Of a stretch of DNA of 64,000 nucleotides, positions 34,287 to 43,652 are shown in pieces; the stretch's first letter is position 1; each line of letters begins with the position of its first letter. The stretch is from Selaginella moellendorffii. Taxonomy: Eukaryota; Plantae; Lycopodiophyta. A program made the translations under genes and the position numbers. The notes below the pieces were generated by a model that did no database searches, was not told the origin of the DNA, and saw nothing but the letters and a program-made list of their open reading frames with translations. The stretch lies in assembly GCF_000143415.4 (NCBI RefSeq), contig NW_003314290.1, forward strand, positions 1,726,454-1,790,453, written 5' to 3'.

Positions 34287-37200
34287 GTATTGCTTCAAGT
34301 TGGGCATCCTTTTGTGTACATGAGCCATAAGTTTGATGCCATACAGCAGAACTGACTCGAGACAAGGAGTTGTATGTTGTGATTGCTGTTATGAAGGAAT
34401 GGCGACATTATTTATATGGATCGGACTTTTATGTGGATTTAGACCATCAGTCTCTCCAATATTTTAGTCAACAAAAGGATCTTCTTGGCTGCCTTGCTCG
34501 TTGGCAAAAGTTCCTATAGGAAATGTCTATTAAGATATGGTACAAGCATGGAGGTGAAAATAAGGTGGTTGATGCATTATCCAAGATGGTAAATTCTATC
34601 TCGTTCGTGAAGTTATCCAACGATCTCTTGGATGAGCTTAAGGAGTTTGCTGACTTCGACTCCTTTATCACTGATATTTGCGTGAAGGTTTTGTTGAGGG
34701 ACACCTCTACAGATTTGAAGAGTGACAAGTTTGCGTCATTTGAAATACAAGATGGAATCCTGGTGAATAAGGGACATGTAGTGGTTCCTTCATATTGACA
34801 AACTCATCAAACGGATTTTGGTTGAGTGTCATGATGTGCCAAGTGCTGGGCATCCGGGGGTATTGAGAATGTATATGTTGGTGAAGAGGCATTTCTTTTG
34901 GCCTGGGATGAAGTCAGATGTTGAGAAGTACGTACTTGGTTATTTGATCTATCAGGTGGTCAAAGTTGATCATCAAAAGCTTGCTGGCCTCTATCATCCT
35001 TTACATATATCCGAGAATAAGTGGGATAGCATCTCAATGGACTTTATCATTGGTTTGCCCAAAACCTTTCAAGGAAATGATGCTATTTGGGTTGTTGTGG
35101 ATCATTTGACGAAGGTGGCTCACTTCTTCTTTGTGAAGACAACAATAAAAGCTTCTGAACTTGCTCAGTTATTTGTAGACCAGTTATTCAGTCTCTATGG
35201 TTTGCTGGGTGACATTGTGAGTGATCGGGATCCTAAGGTCACATCCAAGTTTTGGCAAACGGTCTTTGAAAAGCTAGAGACTAAGCTGAGCATGAGTAGT
35301 GGTGAGCATCCACAATCTGATGGGCAAACAAAGCACATGAATCAACTATTAGAAGATATGCTAATATCTTTTATGGGAAACTTGACTTGATAGGGAGTAT
35401 GGGAGAAGTATTTGCCTTTGCTTCAGTTTGCTCACAATATTGCTCATCAATCAGCTATTGGCATGTCTCCCTTTATGGTGATGTATGGCTATGAGCCTAA
35501 GTCTCCTGTGAATTTGAATTTAGCTTTGGTTCGGGTTCCTTATGCTTATGATTTCCTGGAGGATATGCAAGACAAGCTTGAGTTGGCAAAATTGAACATG
35601 AGGCAAGCTCAAGAGCGAGACAAAAGATTGGCTAATGAATATCGTCGTTATCAAAAGTACAAAGTTGGTGATAAGGTTTTCTTTAAGCTGTTGTATGCAC
35701 AACAGTCTCTAAAAGGAGGTGGCAGTGCTAAGTTGTTTCCATGGTATTATGGACCTTGGATAATTTTACAGTGTGTGGGGGATTTTACATACACTTTGGA
35801 CTTGCTAGTTAGTTTGAAGATTCATCCAACGTTCCATGTGAGCAAACTTAAAGCATGTTTGCACTCTGGTGATATCGTGGATCAGTCCATCATCCAGGTT
35901 CCAAAGATTGATGCAAAGAAGGCTGGTCCAGCCAATATTCTTGCTCAAAGATTGGTGAAAATACACCAGAAGACAACTAAGGAGTTGTTAATTCAGTGGA
36001 ATGGTTATTCCATGGATAAAGCTATATAGAAAACTAAAGATGACATGAAGAGAGTGTTTCCGAGTTTTGGTTATGACTTGGATGACATTCCTGAGGAAGG
36101 GGAGAATTGAATTCTATAGCCGTATTGCTATATGATTTGAGCCATTTATTCTATTCTCATTCTTTTGTTTCCATGACCGTATTGTCATGTGAGAAAGCTG
36201 TATTGCCTTCTTTCTTTTATAGTTGTTTGTCACGATGTTGGTGTTGCTATTTGCACATTTTTTCTCCATGGCCGTATTGCCTTGAACTCCCTTCATGTGA
36301 GGCTTGTTTAGCTTCTCGAAGTTGTTATATAATGCTAGGTTATGAGGGAGGGGACACAAACTATATGAATATTCTAAGAATATTCCATGGCCTATGGGAT
36401 TTAAGGCCATAATGCCTCAAGGGTTGGGAGGCTAGCCTAGGGTTCACTCTCTTGTTCGTTTCACTAGGCAGGATTAGAAAGAAAAACTTTCTAAAAAATT
36501 TCTAGCTTCAAAGATGACATCATCCTTTAAAACCCTCTCCAGAATCTGCACGACAGAAAGTAAGTTTCACCAATCAAAGTTGCACCATACCTTTGGATAA
36601 GAAGATTTTACAAAATAATGATTCTTTTTTAGAACTAGTTTTACTTTGCCATAGTTGAGAGTCAACTCTTTGCCATTCCATCACTGTAATAACTATCTGA
36701 GACTCAAGACCAATGGAGAGAGCTGCATACAAAGAATGTGGTGTGAGATTGTACTCGTGCATATGTTCTAGCCTGGAATAAAGTTTCAAAGAAAATACTT
36801 GAGTGTAAGAACTTCTAATATCAGCGAGACCTGAAGCTTATTGACACACCAGCTTGGCAGTCACAATGAGAAAGTCATATGCTTGCTTGTGTAGCAGAGA
36901 AAATGTCCTATCAGGTCCAACCCAGAGTGGTCTCTTCTTGTGGTCTGGCTTTAGCTCGAACTTGCTAAAATCCATTACCAGTATGGGGATAAAGAAGAGG
37001 AAGAGCAACACAGTTCACAACAAATCCTATCCTTCTAAAGGTTAAAAGGAACTAGAAAGAGAAAAAAAAAAAAAGAGAGTAAAGAGATGAATGCTCTCTT
37101 CTTTTATGCCGTGATCAACAAGAATTTTGGGGGGTGGGTGGGGGCTTGACCAAAATTTCATCAAGGAAGAGATCTTATGGTGACTGTTAAATCAACCTTA

Positions 37201-38259
37201 ACTAGAGCTGTTATACATTAAGACTGAATTGTACAAAATATTTCACTAAGGTTTTTGAAATGGAGAAAAGAAAAAAACTTAAAATGATAGGGCAACATTG
37301 AGAGTAGCACCAGCCAAAGTGGTAGTAACAGTCACAGTGGTAGTAGCTAAAGGAACATCAACTGATTTAAACACAACAATTGGAGAAAAGAAAGAAGAGT
37401 GCTGGCAATTTATTTCTATAAAGGTTTAACATTTGGTTAAGTCATTTAAATCGCACAATGAGATTTTGAAGAGTTTTTTGAAAAGGTGTGCTCTATTAAA
37501 ATTTATATGGAAGTTACATTAAAATTAGTATTAATTCAATAGTGACAACATCATGTGCTAGAAGATTGGTGTGGTTCTTTTGGGTTATGTTTGAGTGGTT
37601 TACTTTCCCATGCGAAAAAGAATCAATTACTCTTACCTGTCCAAACATCCTCCAAAGCAGCCTCAATTCTCTCTCAAACCCCTCTGGTGGTGCTGGTCGG
37701 CTTGCGAAGGCAAGGATCTAGCTCTTCTTCTGGCATTGCGTTGGCAATGTCAAAATTCATAAGGTCTTTTGATCTGCTTCTGTGACACTGGCCGAGTTGC
37801 GAAGTTCAATTGAATGTTAGTCAGTCGTCACGATTAATGTTAAAATGTCTGAGCCCAAGTTCACACAAGTGCCCGACAGAAAATTACCATTTGACAATTG
37901 AGATTATAGAAACAGCTTTTGTGTTAGGAAGTGCAGATTATTTTCTGATACGATCTCAAAACTGTGGCACTAGGAACGTCAAATTTCAACTACAGTCGCT
38001 TTGGTGCAAGTGACCGAGAAGGTAACCAGACTTCCAGTGAGGCTCATAGGGGTGCGGACAAAGATGATTCTTTGAAATACCTCTTGTTTTCCCGTTGGCG
38101 AGAAGTAGAGAGTCCGGAGAACTTGGAAGAAGAGCAGAAGAAAGAGGAATTCCTCCAGGGAAGTCAAAAGCTTCAATCTGACAAGTCTAGCTTCTCACCA
38201 GACACAAGAAACTTTGGACTTTTTCTAGAGCTTTTAAACCACTTTACACGTTTCTGCCA

Positions 38260-39990
38260 TGGATCATCACAGCGTTTCCCTTCGGGCTCGTGGTGGTGTT
38301 GATCACTTCATTCGCCAGCTCCACCGCACAGCAATTCTCTTCCTTCTGCAACAAGAGATGCGACTTTGCACTTGTTCTGGCAGCCCCATTTGCAACCTTG
38401 TTAACCAGACTTGCGATGGCAATCCAGGAGATACCCCTTTATTGCCCAATTCCCGATTGTGAGCCTGCCCAGAGCGGGTAGAATGCACAATTCAGTATCC
38501 TTTTTTATTTATGGTGAGCCCCATTTGCTTATTTGGATTTGCATGCCACTTAAAGATTCTCAATAAGATAAGAAAAAATAAGATTACTATCTTGAGCATG
38601 ATCTAAAGAGAATGATGAAAAAAAAGAAAATATAAAAAGGAATACAAAACACAATGAAGGAAAACTTAAACCAAGCTTAGGTTATATACTTATAAATCCA
38701 CTACCAGTTAATAACATCTACTAATTATAATTTAACGTTACTAATTTAAATTTAGTCGCTCAATATTTAGGGCTGCGTGGCACAAAGCACCAAGTGAGCG
38801 TGGCAAAAGAGTAACCACGTAAGAGAGGGTGCATTTCTCCCCCAGAGCTTCATCTACTTGAATGCCACCGCCCACAACCCAGGTATCAGTACTTCACTTG
38901 CTCACTGTGCCCCTCACGACGGTCACGATGTGAGTCTTGTCCTTGTCGATGAGCTTTGAGAATCCAAAGTCGGCGGGCGCCCATGTGGTGCCCATCTTCT
39001 TATCCAGCAGGATGTTCTGGGGCTTGATGTCGAGATGGAGTTGGCATCCTTCGTGAAGATATGTGAGCCCTCGGGCAACATCAAGCGCGATGAAGAGCCT
39101 GGATGCCCAAGCCAGGCACTTGTCCTTGGCGAATCCAGCGAGTAGACGAGCAAGAGTGGAGGCAAAATCCAATCATCTTGACGAAATTGAGGTTGTGAAT
39201 GCTGCCGATCGACATCACGTCATGATCGACATCACGCCTTGGCAAATCCATGAGATTGCCGAGATCAAGCGGCCCCACGGCAGCTTGGAAGTCCGTCGCA
39301 AGAACTTCCACCACACTAGCCTTAAGAGCGCCAAGCTGATGAACGGCAGCAATGGCAATCTGTCTAGAGTTGGAATTCTCGCCCTTCCAGCTCCAACCGA
39401 CAGCCAAATCGAAGTAGTGCTTCTCACACCACTCGCGTCCCTCCCACCACCTCGATGCCGTGAAATTAAAAGGTTCCGAGTGCCTCCATTCTCGTGTCAC
39501 GCACAAGACCGACGTGTTCCAAAACCTGTCCCGGGACCATGGGGGTATGGTGGAATCTTTGGTTCCAACCTGAAGTGTGCCGGGATTCGCGACAAGCAGC
39601 ACCCCACGATTTGGAATCGTCCTTCTGCTGTTTGCAGCATAAAGGCCGTGGAGTGTTCCTTGGACTCGGACTCGCAGATGGACGTCGTGTTCCGCTTTCA
39701 ACAAGCTCCACAATGGAAACTCCGTAGTCTACGACCAACTGCTCAAAGCCAAGGATGGTTTCTTACCAACTGCTCAAAGCCAAGGATGGTTTCTTTCTGA
39801 GAGGCTTTCGAGCACATCGTCCAGATCGGGCTATGATCAGTTGGATCCCTTGCAGCGACCAGTTGTGATGAAGATTCTCAAGGGGTGCCATGGATGTGTT
39901 GGTGTTCCCTCAGCTGGAGAGACCTGCTGCACAGGCTTCGTCCCTCCTCATGAGCAGCAGTGCAAGTTCAGGAGTATAAATCTCTATCTC
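38260..39990 (+). pseudogene. Kissper-kiwellin RLK-B paralog pseudogene, copy 2, with internal inversion (about 38908-39473)
   Basis: Empty-site version of 11741/17287 (ctggcagccccatttgc). Kinase, TM and ectodomain pieces lie on the minus strand at 38908-39473, flanked by plus-strand pieces. Confidence 0.82.
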
Positions 39991-40143
39991 AGATAAGAAG
40001 GCGTTTTTACAAACAAGGAAACTTTGCAAGAAGAATTTATTCTATAGTGAACTCTTGGAGCAAGATAAAAATTATTTTTTTGGGTTGCTTAAGCAAACCT
40101 GTACATAGATTACGATGGTAATGGATATACCTAAAATATACTT

Positions 40144-40183
40144 GAATATTCTAGAATATTCTAGAATATTCTAGAATATTCTA
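40144..40183. repeat. (gaatattcta)4 palindromic tandem repeat in an AT-rich insertion of about 300 bp
   Basis: Seen directly. The segment is absent from the paralogous position near 18310. Confidence 0.8.
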
Positions 40184-40420
40184 CCATCTAACGGTTGTTA
40201 TTCATTTAGATTAATTTTGTATTTATAATTTATAAACTTTCTTAAACTTTTCAAGTATATTCTTTTTTATTCTATCATATGCAATAAGATTAATTATAAT
40301 TATAAAATTTACTTGATTAATTGAATTAATAAGTAAAAATAACACTACTATTAGAAAATCAAACATTGCAATTTATTTCTTTTTCATAAAGAAAATTCTC
40401 TTATATAAATACTGTTTTAA

Positions 40421-41135
40421 TCACCCACCGAATTTGTTCTTGTAGTCTGTCCACAAATCCTGTAAGCTCTTTCCAAGCAAATCACTGAACACAGACTCAC
40501 TCCACGCATCATTTGCAAGCCTCGCATTCATCTGCCACACAAAATCTCCCCAGAGGCTATTGCAGTAATCGAAGAAATAGGCAGTAACATCGTAGCCCTG
40601 GTCCCAGCGATCACCACCACCCGGCTTCACCCAGTGAGATGGAGCGAGCCCGGCTTTGAGCCGGACATAATCAGCCACTCCTTCAGTCACTCCACTGGGA
40701 GTTCCTTGCCCAAAGTACTGCCAGACGTGAGCCATCTCGTGGTATATTACCCCTGTGATCCCCTCGTAGTTATCGGCAGATGGAGCATTAAACTGGATCT
40801 GGAACTCGCCGGGACACCGTCCCAAATGTGATAGCAACCGCACCCTGCTGGAGCTGCTTCTCGACCGTGAAGACAACCTTGGTCACTAGTTTTGTGGGAA
40901 CACTGTCGAGACCATTGTGCAACAGCGGCGGGATGAAGTTGATTGCATCGCCCAGGACTTTGAAGGCCCCGGAGATCCCCATCACCGAGTTGAAGCGCTT
41001 GCCACCGTCGGTGTCCTCGGCATTGTTTGCTCCGACCAGGACAATGTCTGCATGGACACGGGAAGTGATAACGAGAACAAGGGACAAGCAGCTCAAAAGA
41101 TGTGCAGTGGAAACTCTCAGACAAGTTTGCGTCAT
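40421..41135 (-). pseudogene. BSP/PR-17 copy 2, frameshifted
   Basis: Nearly identical to 18380-19096 but 2 bp shorter (gggacaccgt vs gggactgcccgt at about 40816), which splits it into two ORFs. Confidence 0.9.
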
Positions 41136-41453
41136 TGTTAATCGCAAAAATCAATATCGTGTGAGGAACGCAGAAAGTTGGCTCATGAAGGGGTTTATAA
41201 AGTGTTTGTACGCGGTTATGGCTACGAAGTCAACGTATTTTGACTACGCGGATTTGGCTTCGACACGGCACTATATGGAAAAATGCTTGAGCCCGGGTTG
41301 ACTTCTAGTGTGTGAGACTAGCGTGATGACCAACTACACCACCCAGACTGTGACACTAAGTTGGTTTCCACAACTAATTTACAATGAAGCTGATTGCTTT
41401 TCCAGAGATATTTCTTGTGGGACGTTTTAGAGTTTCAATATAGTGGTGTAACA

Positions 41454-43388
41454 TTACAAACTGGTGGAGCTGAAGGAGGATTCAGGTGGTCGCAAGCTAA
41501 AGTTTCTCGAACTACCATCACTTGAAGGTGGTGGCAACTCAAGAACATCTATGCTACCGTCGAGCATATCCAATACGTTTCTCATGGAGGGTCGCATTGC
41601 TGGTTCGGCTTGGATACACCACAATCCAATCTTCAGGTATCTCTCGGCATCCTTGAAATCCAAGCCACTGCTGCTGGCGATATCGTCGTTTAGATTATTG
41701 ACAAAGAGCTTCTCGTCAATGAGCTCCACAACTTTGCCACTGTAAAACATGCTCAATGCGGCTGTACCAAGGAAGTGCACTGTCGGTTGTGAGGAGGAGG
41801 AGGAGGAGGATGTCAAAGGATGAAATTCCAAGGCCCGCTTGGAGGTTACAAGCTCAAGCAGCACAATTCCAAAGCTGTAGACGTCGGTCTTGTCCGTGAC
41901 TTTGGTATGGAGCCACTCGGGCGCCATGTATCCGGGAGTTCCTCGCATGACAGTCACCACCTGACTCTTTCCTCGCTCGGCGAGCTTGCTCAGGCCAAAG
42001 TCGGAGATCCTGGCTCGCAAGTTCTCGTCCAGGAGGATGTTTTGCGGCTTGATGTCCAGGTGAAGAACTTGCTCCCGGCATCCCTCATGGAGATACGTGA
42101 GTCCTCGAGCAACATCTATCGCGATTGAGTGTCTCTGGTTCCAGTCCAGCAGGATTCCGCCAGCTTTGCCATCATTGTATTCGGTGAAGATCCACTTGTC
42201 CAATGAGCCATTGGGCATAAACTCGTAGACAAGCAATGCAGCTGGTCCCTGGATGCAAAATCCCCGGAGCCTTACCAAGTTGAAGTGATGGATGCTTCCA
42301 ATGGACATCACCTCGGCCTTAAACTGTGACTGTCCTTGTGTAGAGCCTTCTATCTCTACATCCATTTTCTTGACAGCAACCAGGCTTCCATCTGCAAGCT
42401 CCCCCTTAAAGACGGATCCAAATCCGCCAGCTCCGAGCATGAACTGTGGAGCAAAGTTTCCAGTCGCTGCTCTCAAGTCGTGATAGCTAAACTGGTGTGG
42501 AAGTAACTTATCGAGCCTCATTCCATCCATGAGCGCTTGCTCATCTTTTCTTCGCCTCTCAAGAGATCTCCTCCATCGCCTGGTTGCTGTGAAGGCTGCG
42601 ACACTAACCAACACCACCACCACAGCACCCACTATGCCAGCAATTAATCCCAGCTTGCGGTTCATGCGTCTTGGAGACGGTAATTGTGGAGGATTACTGT
42701 TAGTAGTGATACTCCAGGTGATATTTTCTACGATTCCAATGCCTGGATCATACCCAAGCTGCCTCCACACTTGCTCGTTCGCTGCCACGGCATTTGGAGC
42801 ACAGGGCTCCGTGAACGAAAAATTGCCGAGACACCCTCCCCCGGAGTAGCATTGAGCCACGACTCTGGCCACCACAGTTCGTCCATTTGGAGCTAAAACT
42901 TGGATATTCGTGGAGCACAAGCTTCGGTCTTGGTTATACCACCCAGTGGCCACCGCCGCCATGAGATCAAAATCCCACCCGAAGGACGTGCACGACCTGA
43001 GAGAACCCGGATTTGAGAGATTGAATCTTGTGACATATAAGACGGCATTGTTGGTCTCTTGAAAAATTGGAGAGCAAGTGAAAGTCCTGTAAGCCAGGCC
43101 TGGGACGCAGCAATTTGGGCAGTCTGGAGCGATGGTGTCATTGAAAACAAAGCTGGAACTGGGCTGGCAAACGTCTGAATCGCTAAGGTATGGCTCGGAT
43201 CGATTGCTCGCTTGGTAGCAGGACGAGTTCCGGAGTGAACGGTTGCCGCCGAGCATGGGCTCCGGGAAACAAAGGGACCCATTTTGGCAATCGGTCGACG
43301 AAGAACATACCTGTTGTTGGGCTTGCGAGTAGTGGAAGCTCTTTGCGCTACATGCTAGGACGATGATGAAGCACAGGAGTACCTCCAT
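41454..43388 (-). CDS. Kiwellin-ectodomain receptor-like kinase A (644 aa, intronless, non-RD)
   Basis: Signal peptide; Cys-rich N-terminus; kiwellin/ripening-related motifs CCVPG..FTCSP, AVATGWYN, C..NI.V.APNGRTVVARVVAQC, GC..EPC.PN.V..VW..LG....G...ITWS; single TM; kinase GAGGFG, VAVKK, HLDIKPQNILLD, DFG, GTPGYMAPEWL. Confidence 0.92.
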   Translation of the reverse strand: MEVLLCFIIVLACSAKSFHYSQAQQQVCSSSTDCQNGSLCFPEPMLGGNRSLRNSSCYQASNRSEPYLSDSDVCQPSSSFVFNDTIAPDCPNCCVPGLAYRTFTCSPIFQETNNAVLYVTRFNLSNPGSLRSCTSFGWDFDLMAAVATGWYNQDRSLCSTNIQVLAPNGRTVVARVVAQCYSGGGCLGNFSFTEPCAPNAVAANEQVWRQLGYDPGIGIVENITWSITTNSNPPQLPSPRRMNRKLGLIAGIVGAVVVVLVSVAAFTATRRWRRSLERRRKDEQALMDGMRLDKLLPHQFSYHDLRAATGNFAPQFMLGAGGFGSVFKGELADGSLVAVKKMDVEIEGSTQGQSQFKAEVMSIGSIHHFNLVRLRGFCIQGPAALLVYEFMPNGSLDKWIFTEYNDGKAGGILLDWNQRHSIAIDVARGLTYLHEGCREQVLHLDIKPQNILLDENLRARISDFGLSKLAERGKSQVVTVMRGTPGYMAPEWLHTKVTDKTDVYSFGIVLLELVTSKRALEFHPLTSSSSSSSQPTVHFLGTAALSMFYSGKVVELIDEKLFVNNLNDDIASSSGLDFKDAERYLKIGLWCIQAEPAMRPSMRNVLDMLDGSIDVLELPPPSSDGSSRNFSLRPPESSFSSTSL

Positions 43389-43652
43389 AGCTGCAGACGA
43401 CCACTGTTCATAGCGACGACCATGGGATTATATGATCAAAACTTCAAATAGATGAGATCGGAGAAGTCGCATCAGTGCTTTTTCTATGGTCATGTTTAGT
43501 GTGAAGCTCTGGCAGTATCCTGATGGCAAGTAAGAAAAGTCAAACAAGGATCCTTGGAAGGTTCATATAGCGCTTCCAATTCTTAAAGTTTTTCATTGAC
43601 TTTTAGATAGAGCTTTTAAACTAACTTACCTGGTCCAGGGCAAGCTCCAGCC
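43389..43652. promoter_or_regulatory. 264-bp bidirectional promoter region of the RLK pair with two W-boxes
   Basis: Divergent ATGs at 43388 and 43653. agtcaa at 43538-43543 and ttgact at 43596-43601. Confidence 0.6.

Larger units (their letters stand above)
22670..36463 (+). mobile_element. Ty3/Gypsy chromovirus-like LTR retrotransposon, degenerate, with two nested insertions
   Basis: Short LTRs 22670-22781 and 36352-36463. PBS tggtatcggagc at 22783, PPT gagggaggg, perfect TSD ctagg. gag (LMGHASSWWK, zinc knuckle), protease (LFNLGATHNF), RT (FSKIDLRQGYHQI, YFDD), RNase H, integrase (WDSISMDFIIGLP, SDRDPK), chromodomain-like LLIQWNGY. Confidence 0.95.
22360..37045 (-). pseudogene. XPB: XPB fragment copy 2, split by the Gypsy insertion (22360-22669 and 36464-37045)
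   Basis: Colinear with 9260-10260. The empty site in copy 1 reads aaagctagacagg. LEHMHEYNLTPHSLYAALSIGLESQ. Confidence 0.8.
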
